Made by a program: the position numbers and the translations under genes. From positions 185,690,001-185,754,000 of the forward strand of contig NC_042998.1 of the NCBI RefSeq assembly GCF_006345805.1: DNA of 64,000 nucleotides, read 5' to 3'. Of the stretch, positions 12,990-27,469 are shown piece by piece (within the stretch, counting starts at the first letter, position 1; every line of letters starts with the position of its first letter). Origin of the DNA: Octopus sinensis (Eukaryota). The notes beneath the pieces are model-generated. The model made no database searches, had not been told where the DNA came from, and saw only the letters and a program-made list of their open reading frames with translations.

Positions 12990-13185
12990 ACCATCATTTA
13001 ACGTCCGTTATCCATGCTGGCATCGGTTGAACGGTTCGACAGGAGCTGGCGAGCCAGCGGAGTGCTCCAAGTATCATTATCTGCTTTAACATACGTAGTT
13101 TTTTACGGCCGAATGCCTTTCCTAACGCCAACCACTCAACAGAGTATACTGGGTACTTTTTACGTTGCACCGGGACTGATGAGGT
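12990..13185 (-). mobile_element. RTE-type SINE/LINE 3' remnant
   Basis: Minus-strand end ..ggataacggacgttaaatgatg resembles RTE 3' tails. Confidence 0.45.
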
Positions 13186-13191
13186 CATCAA

Positions 13192-13540
13192 GTACCGTGT
13201 ATACTCGGCTATAAGTCGCACTTTCCCCCCTGAAATGTTCATCTAAAGCTGGGGGCGCAACTTATAAACGCATCCTATAAAAAAATCTTCAGATATTTTC
13301 TAGGTACAAGCTACGTCTGAAGTTCTGACTCTTGGAATAACTGAAAAGGTTAAAATTTTACATTGTAAACAATGGTTTCTAAAATGTTTGGACTTAATGG
13401 GATAACGGTTGTTGTAGGTCATCCTCAGCTTACTGAAAGCTCGGTTACCGAACAACAGCTATGTCGGAGCGATTTCTAATCGAACTTTGCTCTCCAACAT
13501 AAAAAAAGTCGCTGCGACTTATAGTCGGGTCAATAAAATT
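13192..13540. mobile_element. Degenerate Tc1/pogo-like MITE
   Basis: Left end taccgtgtatactcggctataagtcgcac; inverted gcgacttatagtcggg near 13515. Confidence 0.4.
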
Positions 13541-14216
13541 GCCGATCTGAAGTCAGCTGTACGTCTGATAGGCAAGAGCGTTTTATAGTCAAGGTTACAG
13601 GTTCAATTCCTACGCTAGGTGATACATTGTGTCCTTGAGCAAAGTGCTTCATTTAACATTATTCTAGTATATTTAGCTGAGTCTTGTACCAACTGAGAGC
13701 CGGTGCAATCCTCTCTTTCTCCAGTTGTCATATCCTGGATGTTCTACTGAGTCATGAATGTTTATCTATATTTATGGCTACCTAAAGTAATTAGAGAAAG
13801 CCTTGTACATGCTACCAAGTCACGCTCATTTATGAATGACAGTTAGCCTTTTTTTTAATACTATTTCACAACTCCTGTTCGTCAAATCAAGTAAATTGCG
13901 TTTGTTCATACAAGATGAGCAAGACGAGCATACTAATTCATAGCTCATACTGTAGGAGTGATGGTTTTTATCATTAGTACAAGGCCACACGTTCTGTGGA
14001 GAAGGGCAGAGTTGATTAAATGAACTGCAGCAGTAACTGGTCAAAACTCAAAATTGATGCGATCAGGGTTTGAAATCAAAACCGTTATAGCTAAACAACA
14101 AAGTCTTTTGTCCAGCACTTTACTCCATTACCTAATATCAATAATTATGATTATCAAAATTTATTTGAGTAGAATACGCTCATCTCTGTGCAGTCAAAGA
14201 TAATATGACCATTTAG

Positions 14217-14447
14217 GGCGGCGAGCTTGGCAGAATCGTTAGCCCGCCGGGCGAAATGCTTAGAGGTATTTCGTCTGCCGCTACGTTCTGAGTTCAAATT
14301 CCGCCGGGGTCGACTTTGCCTTTCATCCTTTCGGGGTCGATTAAATAAGTACCAGTTTCGCACTGGGGTCGATAAAATCGGCTTAATCCGTTTGTCTGTC
14401 CTTGTTTGTCCTCTCTGTGTTTAGCCCCTTGTGGGTAGTAAAGAAAT
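14217..14447 (+). mobile_element. SINE family A with 17-bp TSD
   Basis: TSD agataatatgaccattt at 14198-14214 and 14448-14464. Confidence 0.9.
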
Positions 14448-15036
14448 AGATAATATGACCATTTTACAGAAAACGCCTGTCACGAGAAAGCTTCTACGTG
14501 GTCTCTCTACTTATTATAAATAGTAGCCAAACTTTTCTCAAATCACACCCCACAGATTTTTTTAAAAGGATACATTGGTTGATGTTGTTTTAGATACACA
14601 ATTTATGGGCAAAAGATGGGATTATAAAAATTGGACTACTTTTGCCAACAAGCCTATACGATTAGAGTTGACCTGGAGCTAAACAACAAGTTAGTTGATT
14701 AAAAACATTCCCTAATAAATCAAGTTAAATTATTTCTTTTCTTGTGAATAATTTAAAACTATTTCATCGCTGTCGTGATCTCATTGCCATCGTCACCGTC
14801 GTTAATGTCACCCATTGACGATGTAATGAAGTTGTTGTCTTCGTTAAGATTAAATTGCTCGTTTGTGAATCATGCAGACGAAAATCATTAAAAGAAATGT
14901 CATGATTTGTTAAACTTGACTTTAAAGAAGACAAGTGTGCAACACATGTAAGTCCTTTAGGTTCATAGAGGAATAACGTTTTGCAGGCTGGGTGACAAAG
15001 CGTTTTCAACGAATTTAATATGGTAAACTTGGACCG

Positions 15037-15112
<76 letters not shown>

Positions 15113-15589
15113 ATGTAGGTTTAAGTGGCAGCAATCTTTATAAATAAGGCAAACGATAACGAATGCTTTAGGATAATTTTAGTTCTATTGTTAAAATAGA
15201 GATTGTTTACCTTGCAGGAAAACTAAACAAATTAAGCACATAGACCGATGCTCGCCTTCTGTTATCATTCCACTAACTTTTAACATTAATATTACAAGTA
15301 TAACAAGTAGCCCATACTATGCTGGTTAAGTCGGCTGCCTCATTCGATCTTATGAAATACAGTACCAGTTGTTTTATTAATAACGTATTTTGGTGTCAGT
15401 TATTCACTGTGACACCTTCATATTTTTTCTTTCATTTGTTTTAGTCTTGTACTGCAGCCATGCTGGTGCACCACCTCGAAGTGTATAATCGAACAAATCG
15501 ATCCGCCACCCCGATACGTATGTAAGTCCTTCAGGTGCATGGAGGAATAACTTTTTGCAGGCTGGGTGACAAAGCGTTTTCAACGAAAA

Positions 15590-16186
15590 AGAGTGAAATG
15601 AGTTGGCGAGAATGGAGGGAAGAGCAGATGTCAACTCGGGATTTGCGGTTGCTTTTGGACAATTCATGAGGCACCATTTTCCACGTTTAGGAACCTTTCC
15701 AAGTTGTTGAAGATAACGATGAACAGTTGTATGGTTTGAATTAAGCTTTATTGCCAATTCTTCAACTGATAATGCAGCATTTTCTTCAAGTAATGCCTCG
15801 AGGAGCTTATCATCAAACTCAACTGGACGTACAAGGCTGAAATCTCCACTTCTGGATTTTGCAAACCATCTTCTGCAAGTTCTTTCATTCAAACATTCTT
15901 TCCCATAAACTGAGTGTATGTTTCGAGTCGTTTCGACTGCAGAGTTTCCATTTTTGTACTCATAAAGCATTATGAACCTCAAATGCTCTTTGGATACTTC
16001 CATGTTAGAAAGGGTTTTAATCAAAGAAATTTTAATTCTATTATTCTGTAAAATAATATTTAATTAATTTAAATGTACACAAATGCATAAAAATAATTTT
16101 TAATTCCATTAGACATTCTAAAATACTATTAAAATTCATTCAATTTTAAGAAAGGTAAAATCGGACAGAACTTATGGGATGAACTG

Positions 16187-16189
<3 letters not shown>
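15590..16189 (-). mobile_element. Mariner transposon, 5' half (TIR plus HTH region of the transposase), pseudogenised
   Basis: TA followed by TIR tcagttcatcccataagttctgtccg at 16189-16160. Protein reads EHLRFIMLYEYK.G.SA.ETTRNI..VYG..CLNERTCRRWF. The WVPHEL motif is broken by a 1-nt deletion. Confidence 0.85.
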
Positions 16190-16250
<61 letters not shown>

Positions 16251-16257
16251 ATGTATG

Positions 16258-16305
<48 letters not shown>

Positions 16306-16317
16306 CATATCTATGTT

Positions 16318-16512
16318 TGTCGCCCCACCATTGTTTAACCGGTGTTGGTGTGTTTGCACTCCCATAACTTAGCGGCTCGGCAAAAGAAACCGAGAAGATA
16401 ATTACCATGCTTAAAAAAGAAGTACTGGGGTTAATTCATTTGACTAAAAATTCAAGGCGGTGCCCCAGCATGACCGCAGTCTAATGAGTGGAACAAGTAA
16501 AAGATAAAAGAT
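16318..16512 (+). mobile_element. SINE family C, 3' half
   Basis: taacttagcgg..ggcggtgccccagcatgaccgcagtc..gtaaaagataaaag. Confidence 0.75.
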
Positions 16513-16789
16513 AATATATATATGAAATAAGGTTTGAAAATGCTATATTAAAAGATGTTTATTCACTTGACCGGTTTCACTTTTTTAGAAAAAGATTGTC
16601 AAAAGTAAAATGTAAAAGCTTTGTAAAAACTTTGTTGTGTTAAATACTGGTTGTCACAAAATATTACAATACATATATACATTCTTTGATAATAATAAAA
16701 AAAATGTTAAAACAGCTTACAAGGAAAAATCTTTAGAAAATATTAAAAAGTTCATATATATTTCCACTCGTTCGGTATCTTACAACTTC

Positions 16790-16867
<78 letters not shown>

Positions 16868-16900
16868 TATCTGTAAATATCATATGTGACAATTATTCGG

Positions 16901-16974
16901 TAGCCATGATAAAACTCCGAGTTTCGGATGCCGAGGTGGAAATCCACGCCGCCATCTCTTCAGTTATCCGGCCA
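16901..16974 (-). ncRNA. Type I hammerhead ribozyme fold, intact core
   Basis: Minus strand: UGGCCGGAUAA-CUGAAGA-[13-bp stem II, AUUU loop]-C-GAAA-CUCGGAGU-U-UUAUC(A)UGGCUA. All three stems can pair. Confidence 0.7.
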
Positions 16975-17538
16975 TCGGAAAAAATGCTATGAAAAAGACC
17001 GTTAAACAAAGGGAAATTACTGTGTGATTGACTGTTATTAAGACAAAAGAGCTATTTGAATGACCGCTAAGAGAGAGGAGGGAGTAAAAGTAAGGGGGGT
17101 AAAAATGTCCATAGTATTCGCGTAAGCGCGCCTATTCATACCTACACACGTGCGCCCGGACACCCACGTACAAGCGCCTAAAAGTATGCACTCGCCCACC
17201 CTCACCTGAAACGTACACATCCTCACCCGCACCATTCGCCAAATATATATATATACAAACCTTTTTTTCTGTATTGTTACCCTTAGCCCTGTTTTTTGTA
17301 CTTGGGCGTATATAGACGTGTATATGAACCTTTATTGTGCGCGTGTGTGTGCGTAGGTTTGTATATATATATATATATATATATGCACATACACACAAAT
17401 GTGTATAAATTCACACGCACTCTCAGACACATACGCACACACATAGACACGTACACATACACACATATGCATACATGCATTCATACATACATTTCTTCCT
17501 CTTTCTAATACAAATGCCCATCAATCGTTGCAGTTTCC

Positions 17539-17769
17539 TATTTCTTTACTGCCCACAAGGAGCTGCACACAGAGGGGACAAACAAGAGCAGACAAACGGA
17601 TTAAGTCGATTATATCGACCCCAGTGCGTAACTGGTACTTATTTAATCGACCCCGAAAGGATGAAAGGCAAAGTCGACCTCGGCGGAATTTGAACTCAGA
17701 ACGTAGCGGCAGACGAAATACCGCAAATCATTTTGTCTGGCGTGCTAATGTTTCTGCCAAGCTCGCCGC
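17539..17769 (-). mobile_element. SINE family A with 17-bp TSD
   Basis: TSD caatcgttgcagtttcc at 17522-17538 and 17770-17786. Confidence 0.9.
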
Positions 17770-18282
17770 CAATCGTTGCAGTTTCCGCCAACCAAATGTC
17801 TTCGTGTGTGTGCATGCGTATGTGAGTATGTTTGCCTCCAGTGCCAAAAAGTACAGTGGGCTATCAGGTTCAGTGTCCAATCAGCAGTTCCAATTCGCCA
17901 TTGTCCAAGCAATCGTGCCCAGTCGCCTCATTCCACTGTTGAGCTTGACCGTGTAAGCATTAATCATGTCTGCATTCTGCACTCCATTTTCTATTGATTG
18001 TGATAGCAAAATTCGCATAGCATACACTGTACTCTCTAACAATTTGCACTTTACTCACTGTTGTCAACTTGAATGTAAATAATACACATTGTGACCAAAA
18101 ACGTGCTATCTTGTACACACCCAAAACTGAATATACAATGTAATATAAATAAACAATATCATAAATACACACGTCGACTTACGCAAATGCACAATGTCCT
18201 ATAAATATACGTCAACATACAAAGCCTTTTATCATATCTAGATTGACACACACGCATGATCATACTCATGCACACACACACA

Positions 18283-18322
<40 letters not shown>

Positions 18323-18519
18323 TACACACATATTCACACATACATACATACACATTCATGTGTGTGTGTATGTGTATACATATATGTAAATATGTGTGGG
18401 GGTGTACACATACATTGTGATATGTATATATAGAAAAAAGATGACGCGATAAGGATAAAATTTTTTTCAAAAAATGACACACCTCAGTGGAAAACTTTTA
18501 ATAATTTGTGTGTGTGTGT

Positions 18520-19120
18520 TTCTATATCTAGGGCAGAGAAACAAAGACTGGAATAGGATACAAAGAATTTGTGACAAAGCAAACAGGGAGAACACGTGGT
18601 ATAAAACCGACAAATATCAAGGAGTGATGTTTGTAGAGGCCACAGCCCATTGCGAATTAGCCCCGTAGATTTAGAAAAGCTCTGAAGGAGACCAAACTCA
18701 ACATTAAGATTGTTGAATAGCCAGGAAACTCCGTCAGATCACAACTATTTAGGACATACCCTTTTAAGAATACTATATGCACCAATGATTGCATGGTATG
18801 TAGGATTAGCCCTGGCATTAACTGTAGAACTAGAAATGTTGTTTACAGCATAAGATTCATAGAAGGTACTTGTAAAGACATGAACATGATATACATAGGA
18901 GAGACATCTAGGAGCATTGCGGAACGACTAAATGAACATTTGGGACAATATGACGAAAAGAAAAGCAGTCCTCCATACTCTACTAACATGCCAAGGACCA
19001 ACATGGAGGCAACATGGGTCAACTTGAGATCTGCATCGTATCCAAGCACCCAAAGGACCAAACACTCAGACAAATACAGGAGTACGTCCTCATAAATGAA
19101 ACTTTCCCAATGCTAAATAG
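18520..19120 (+). pseudogene. Penelope-like GIY-YIG endonuclease remnant
   Basis: CRTRNVVYSI..C..MIYIGETSRSIAERLNEH in ORF 18793-19095. Confidence 0.8.
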
Positions 19121-19699
19121 GAAACATACACAGTAGATATCATACCTCCATACCCACAGTTTACACTGGTAGAGTAGAATAGTTAGTGGGCTGTTATGTA
19201 GATAGATGTGTGTATGTATGTGTGTGTGCATGTATGTATGTATGTATATGCACATGTATGTAAGCATATGGATATGAAAGTAAACAGATCAACATACAGA
19301 TGGACAGGTAAAAAGGTTATATGAACAGACAAGCATATATACGCAAATGAAGACTGAAATACATGACCATATATACACACAGGCTTTCAAGGACACATGG
19401 AGACACACGTCCACACATATGGAGACACACATCCATACATACAAACACGGTACATAGTTGCAACACACACACAAACATATAACACACAAACTCGAATACG
19501 CAAACACATGAATATGCAGAATACATACATACAAATGTACACACATGCATGTATACATATGCACACACACACACATACAGGCATACACAAACATGCACAC
19601 ATACATAAATGCATGTGTATGCACACATGCACACTAACCCACACACATGCGCACAAACAAACAAACAAAGAACGCAGTCTGAATAACGGACAGAGTCAA

Positions 19700-19818
19700 A
19701 TCTATTGAAAAGGTTGCAAGACACAACGAAAATTTCAGAAAAGAAATAAGTGGCAATTTTACCGGTGAGTGTCTTAAATTGTAAGGCACTAAAAGAGAAT
19801 GACTCTCCCCAGACACAA
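19700..19818. mobile_element. Half copy of palindromic MITE family J
   Basis: Matches the right half of 43560-43788. Confidence 0.7.
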
Positions 19819-19820
19819 CA

Positions 19821-19878
<58 letters not shown>

Positions 19879-19894
19879 TCCAGTTCTATATTTA

Positions 19895-20268
<374 letters not shown>

Positions 20269-20272
20269 TCTA

Positions 20273-20291
20273 GTTCGATTCCAGGCAGTGA

Positions 20292-20360
<69 letters not shown>

Positions 20361-22874
20361 GACTGGATTATACAAACTGAAGGATCCTACCAAAATTTAC
20401 AACAACAAGCATGGGAAGACATCACAATAGCAGACCTAAGAAAGGCACTCACGAAGGCCCATAATTGGAAACCCCCCGGTAAAGATAGGGTGCCGAATTT
20501 CTGGCTCGCATCGCTCCCATGCGCACACGGTAAGCTAGTTCAGCTGCTCAATGGAATTATGACAGACCCAAAGAAAACACCTGAATGGTTAGCAAGTGGT
20601 ATTACTTACCTACTCCCAAAGAATAACGAAACCAACCTTCCAAAAAACTATCAGCCTATAACCTGTCTATCCACCACGTATAAAATCCTAACATCTATCC
20701 TGGCGGAGAAAACATATGCATTCATGGAGAAGAACGATATTTTCCCCATTGAACAAAAAGGGTGCCGCCGAGGCTCATGCGGATGCAAAGATCAACTGCT
20801 AATTAATCGTATGATCCTTGAGAACTGTCACAACAAGTGCAGAAATCTCAGCTCCGCATGGATTGACTATAAAAAGGCCTTCGACAGTATACCGCATTCA
20901 TGGATCTTGAGATCGCTGGACATCTTCAAAATTTCCCCTGTGATTTCAAGCTTCCTGAAGCACAATATGTCGCTGTGGAATACGAATCTCCAATTATACC
21001 ACTCTAATAGAGTACTTGCCTCAGAAAATATAAACATCAACTGTGGAATTTTTCAAGGTGACTCACTTTCACCTTTAATATTCTGCATAACCCTAATACC
21101 CCTTACAAGTGAATTTAACAGAACAGGGTATGGGTATAAAATTGCCAATAAAAAAATAAGCCATCTATTTTATATGGATGACTTAAAACTCTGTGGTAAA
21201 GACAATAATGAACTTGAAGGCCTATTGCGCACTGTGAAAGCATTCAGCGATGACATCGGGATGGAGTTTGGACTTGAGAAGTGTGCCAAGGTCACTTTCC
21301 AGAAAGGGAAAGTGAAGACCACAAATTCAATCGTGTTAGATGTTGACACAGTCATAAGAGAGCTTGAGCAAGAACAAACATACAAATATTTAGGGATAAA
21401 TGAAGGCTCTGGTATTCAGCATGCAAGCATGAAAGAGAAGATCAGGAAGGAATGTTATAGGAGAAATCTGAACTAAATGCACGTAACAAGGTGTTAGCTA
21501 TAAATTCCTTAGCAGTTCCAGTTGTTACTTATAGCTACAATGTGTTGAACTGGAATATGAGTGAAGTAAAGAATATAGATAGGAAAATACGCAAGCTACT
21601 GAGTTGTAATAGGATGCACCACCCAAAGGCAGACAAGGAGGTTGAGGCCTGATCCAATTTGAACTAGCTTACAAAACAACCACAATTGGACTGGCCAAAT
21701 ATCTTGAAATAACGAATGACTGGATGCTAAAGCTCGTGGAAAATCACGGGAGACGAAATAAGATTCATTCTATCATAAAGGAAAGCAAAAAATTTGCTAT
21801 TGATCTCGTGCAGGATACCCAGATTGAACAACCCGAGGGAAGTACGGCAACTATTGTTGCAAAGAAGGTGAAAATAATGGCAACGAAAAAAGCGCACGAG
21901 CAATTGGCTGATAGGTGGGAGGAGAAACCTCTGCACGGCAAATATGTGGTCCGCAGCAAACAAGCTGATGTTGACCAGAAGTAAACCCATCAGTGGCTAC
22001 GGAGCTCAGGGCTAAAAGCAGAGAGCGAAGGTTTCATCCTGGCTGCTCAAGATCAAAGCCTATTAACCCGGAACTACCAGGCCAATGTGATGCAAAATGG
22101 AGCAGACCCAAAATGCCGATTCTGCAACGACATGATTGAAACAGTGGACCACCTAATCTCTGGATGTAAAGTCTTAGCACCAGAGGATGTATAAATTAAG
22201 ACATTACAGAGTTGGCCAATATCTACACTGGCTAATAAGTGGGCATTACAATATCAAAACTGCCGACAAGTGGTATAATCACCACCCTGAAGCTGTAACT
22301 GAAGGAGAAAATGTAACGATTCTGTGGGACTTTCCAGTACATACAGACCGAACCATCAAAGCCAATAAACCAGATATTGTTGTGAAAGACCAAAACAATA
22401 AAGTTTGCTTATTGATCGACATGAGCATCCCCTGTGATCATAATATCTCGGCGAAAGAGTTTGACAAGCTCAGAAAATATAAAGACCTACTCATTGAAAT
22501 TGAGAAAATGTGGCATCTCAAGGCGGTTACAATACCAGTGATCGTAGGAGCACTAGGAATGATCAAGAAGGGAACCGAAAATTATATGAGAATGATCCCT
22601 GGCTTACCATCCCTGCAAGAAGTGCAAAAGATTGTCTTAACTGGTACATCACACGTATTGAGAAGAGCATTGTCGATGTGAGAATTATTACTACCCATGT
22701 ATTTTAATTTAATTAAAAAAAAAAAAAATGAACGAACTATTGAGTTTAGTTTAATGGCCTACCAATGTATACTATGAGTTTCTATGCCCTAGGAGTCGGG
22801 AAGATACCCGGCTAGAAATGGAAGCAAATTTGAAAGAAGAAAAACAAATAATGATAATAATAATAATAATAATA

Positions 22875-22944
<70 letters not shown>

Positions 22945-22988
22945 AACAACAACAACATCGAAAAATACCTTCGGAATGAGAACCCAGG
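20273..22988 (+). mobile_element. Second SINE D copy (5'-truncated), split by the R4/Dong insertion
   Basis: B-box and (aat)n at 20273-20360. The SINE resumes after the insertion with (aat)n(gat)n aacatcgaaaaatacc..gagaacccagg at 22847-22988. Confidence 0.8.
20361..22846 (+). mobile_element. R4/Dong-clade non-LTR retrotransposon (RT, CCHC, restriction-like endonuclease), 5'-truncated, with several stops and frameshifts
   Basis: RT motifs EQKGCRRG..KDQLLIN, WIDYKKAFDS, GIFQGDSLSP and YMDDLKL; CCHC CRFC..ETVDHLISGC; RLE ILWDF..TD..I.ANKPDIV..LID. Flanked by (AAT)n on both sides. Confidence 0.9.
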
Positions 22989-23404
22989 TATTTGCAAAGG
23001 GAGATACCGAAAGGTCACAGAAAGTGTGCCTAAAGCCAGCTGGAGGAATTGTTCTCCTGGGGCTAAAAGCTACAGTAACACCCACCCTTAGTGGTTAGCC
23101 ATATTGAGATGGCAAATATACCTCACATTGTCGTGCAGTTACTGTTAATACCTCGTTCAGAGATTTATTATTTCATTTAATAGTAAAATTTTCAAAATCT
23201 GTGATAGTAACTCTTCTCTCTCTCTTTCTTTCTTTCTATCACTCTTTCTGTTTATCTATTTCTTTCACTTTCTCATGGTAAACTTTTTTCACTTTCGGTA
23301 AAAGTATACAGCTCACGCTGAGTGTGCGTGCGTTTGTCAGTGTGTGTGTGTGTGTGTGTGTATGTATACATGTGATTTGATAAAGGTATTTTTTAAAATT
23401 CTTT

Positions 23405-23780
23405 TATTCTTCTATTTGTTTCAGTCGTTTGACTGCAGCCATGCTGGAGCACCGCCTTTAGTCGAGCAAATCGACCCCAGGACTTACTCTTTGTGAGCCT
23501 GGTACTTATTCCATCACCCCTTACCCTTGCCGAACCGCTAGGTTACGGGGGACATAAACACACCAGTATCAACTGTCAAGCGATGGTGGGGGTACAAACA
23601 CAGACACACATATTCACACACTCACTCACACACACACACACACACACACATACGATGGGCCTCAGTCGCCGTCCTCCAAATTCACTCGAGTTGAAGACAC
23701 TTGCCTAAGATGCCACGCAGTGGGACTGAACCCAAAACCATGTGGTTGGCAAGCGAGCTACTTTCCACACAGCCACACCT
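23405..23780 (-). mobile_element. SINE family C
   Basis: Colinear with 7494-7914. Confidence 0.8.
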
Positions 23781-24509
23781 GCACCTAATTTATTTTGATA
23801 GTAAATATGGCTTTTCTTATACAGACACGCGCGCGTACACACACATACACACACACACAGACTCGCTTGATTTTTTTTTGTGGGGGGGAGTTTAAAGGTT
23901 TAAGTAAGATTTTTTGTTGTTGTTGCTTAAGTCCTAGCTATGGATCACCACATCATCATTCCATAAAATGTGTTTATGGGGGGAAAATATTGGAAAACAG
24001 AAACGAGGAAGGTACCAGATGGCCGTGAGATGTGTTCGAAACAACAGCTAAAATTCCTTTAAATCACACATCCTTTCGCCTGAAAATAATTTTGAAATTA
24101 TATACAGAAACAAATTGCAGATTCTGACTGACCATATTTTAAAACTGATTTTTAAATTTCAGAAATAAAAATTAAAAAAAGTAGAAATTATAGGATTTAC
24201 GGAGGGGCAGGATTAATGAAAAGTTTTAAAAAGATTTCACTCTTGTTTATAAATTATGCTTTATCTTCTCTTTCAAATTTTTTGTTTTTGACCTTCGAGG
24301 CTTCTCCTATTGCGTGGTGCAATAAAAACATTGGCCAAAATCGATACTGAGTTTAAAAAAAAAAAATTTTCATGAAACAGTTTCCCCCGCCTATCATTTA
24401 CAAGGGTGTGACAAAAAAATTAAAATTTGAAAAAGCTACGTCAAAACAGAGAAAAATCCAACTTAAGTGGGTGTGCCATTCCAAAAGTGCGCCAAGACAT
24501 TCTATTGTG

Positions 24510-24547
<38 letters not shown>

Positions 24548-24551
24548 ATAA

Positions 24552-24633
24552 AGTTAATCCAAACAAGAAAACAAAAAGACAACAACGCAAGGATGTGGAA
24601 CAAATAAAGTATTATTGGACGCTCAGGAAAGAA
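24552..24633 (-). mobile_element. Fragment of the PLE-type repeat seen at 43880-44060, truncated before the HHR
   Basis: gttaatccaaac..ttattggacgctcaggaaag is shared. Confidence 0.65.
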
Positions 24634-24642
24634 GGGAAGAAG

Positions 24643-24695
<53 letters not shown>

Positions 24696-24962
24696 TGTGT
24701 GTGTATGTATGTATGTAGTTGAAGATGTTATGACACACTCACATGCACATTATGAAAAAGAAAACAAAGCTGGTTAGTTTAATTATTTCCCAAGTCAATA
24801 ATTTATGCACAAAACTTTATATATAGAATATAATCTGTGATCTATGCATGCCTATGCATGACTGAGGGTTTCGAGTGTCCTGTCCGTGTTTATTGTGTCG
24901 TCTTCTAAGAGTTATACGTTCTTGTCCATGTTGTATTTTTCTACATACCTTAATATATATAT

Positions 24963-25009
<47 letters not shown>

Positions 25010-25145
25010 GTGGTGTGTGTGTATACTTATGTGTGTGTGTATACTTATGTGTGTGTGTATACTTATGTGTGTGTGTGTGTGTGTGCAGATAGATGTATAA
25101 GTGCGTGTATACATATATAAATATACGCATGTATAATTATGTCTC

Positions 25146-25363
25146 TTTTACTCTCTTTTACTTGTTTCAGTCATTTTTGACTGTGGCCATGCTGGAGCAC
25201 CACCTTTTTAGTCGAGCAAATCGACCCCCAGGACTTATTCTTTGTAAGCCTAGTACTTATTCTATCGGTCTCTTTTGCCGAACCGCTAAGTTACGGGGAC
25301 GTAAACACACCAGCATCGGTTGTCAAGCGATGGTGGGAGGGACAAAGACAGCCACACAAAACA

Positions 25364-25398
<35 letters not shown>

Positions 25399-25457
25399 GG
25401 TCCCGGGTTGATTCGGGGTTAACCACTCCTTCTATATAATATATATATATATATATA

Positions 25458-25496
<39 letters not shown>

Positions 25497-25606
25497 ATAT
25501 ATATATATATATACAACCACATATATATATATACACATATACGACGGGCTTCTTTCAGTTTCCGTCTACCAATTCCACTCACAAGGCTTTAGTCGGCCCG
25601 AGGCTG
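25146..25606 (-). mobile_element. SINE family C, 5'-truncated, with expanded (TA)n
   Basis: Family C 3' end and body are present. Confidence 0.8.
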
Positions 25607-25702
25607 TGTATGCATGTATGTATATGAGTGTACACATATATACATATTCATACACACAAGCGCACTCACACTCACCGTCATAATTACATATCTATCTATC
25701 TA

Positions 25703-25780
<78 letters not shown>

Positions 25781-25873
25781 GGTAGCTAGCTAGCTATCTA
25801 TACATACATACAAACATATTATTTGCATAATATACACTCATATATAAATATAAATATTATATATCTATATAGA

Positions 25874-25904
<31 letters not shown>

Positions 25905-25916
25905 GTATTATATATT

Positions 25917-25986
<70 letters not shown>

Positions 25987-26082
25987 TATTGTGTCTGGGA
26001 ATCTTGCAAACCAAATCCAAAAACGAAATATATATATATATATTTAAAGGTTTAAAAATTTATATATATATATAATATAATA

Positions 26083-26113
<31 letters not shown>

Positions 26114-26682
26114 GTATGTATGTATGTGTATGTATGTATGTATGTATGTGTGTGTGAGTGTGTGTGTGTTTACACACACGCACAGACAATACAATCAAGC
26201 GCGCACACTCACACACACGCACGTCAACCACTGCCATAACTATAAACACAATCAGTGAATTTCTTTTCGAGACAAATAAAATATCATTTAAATGCAAAAT
26301 AAAAGTATCTTACCAAAATAGACTTCCTTTTGGCATTTCGGACACTTGGGCATGTTGACAGATTTTTGTTATATTAGATGCGATAGAAAATATAATAAAT
26401 GTAGGAGATAAGTATTGCTACTGACTGTAAAAGGAGAAATCCTCGCTATATGAAAGCAGAATTTCGAGTAGTTAGGTCGCTATCAAGTCCAAACAGTCAT
26501 TGACAGATGACACACCTACGCTGTTTACGAAACTGGTCTATGAGAACGGATGATATAACAAATCTACCGTGCATAATACACGCTGATTTGGATATGAGCT
26601 AGTTGATCGATCGTTGCGTGCAGTTCTTCCATCTTTTAACCTTTTGCTTTTTCCAGTCATTAGAGTGCAGCCATACTGACTG

Positions 26683-26894
26683 TGTATGTGTGTGTGTATG
26701 TATGTATGTATGTATGTATGTATGTATGTATGTATGTATGTATGTATGTATGTATGTATATATTATGTATGTATGTATGTATATATTATGTATGTATGTA
26801 TGCATGTATTATGTATGTATGTATGTATGTATGCATGTATTATGTATGTATGTATGTATGTAGTATGTATGTATGTATGTATTATGTATGTATG

Positions 26895-26928
<34 letters not shown>

Positions 26929-27468
26929 TGTATGTATGTATTATGTATGTGTGTATGTATGCATGCATTTATGCATGTATGTATGTATGTATGTATGTAT
27001 GTATATGTATGTATATGTATGTATGTATTATGTATGTATGTATGTATGTATGTATGTATTATGTATGTATGTACGTATGTATGTATGTATGCATGTATTA
27101 TGTATGTGTGTATGTATGCATGTATTTATGCATGTATGTATGTATGTATGTATGTATATGTGTATGTATGTATTATGTATGTATGTATGTATGTATGTAT
27201 GTATGTATGTATATATGTATGTATGCATTATGTATGTATGTATGCATGTATGTATGTATGTGTGTGTATGTATGTATTTATGTATGTATGTATTTATGTA
27301 TGTATGTACTATGTATGTATGTATGTGTGTATGTATGTATATATGAATGTATGTATGTATTACGTATGTAGTATGTATGTATGTATGTATTACGTATGTA
27401 TTATGTATGTATGTATGTATTACGTATGTATTATGTATGTATGTATGTATATATGTATGTATATATAT
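26683..27468. repeat. About 780-bp degenerate (TATG)n array
   Basis: Tetramer array with TAT, TACG and TGCA interruptions. Similar arrays at 51074-51375 and 54720-55030. Confidence 0.95.
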
Positions 27469-27469
27469 A

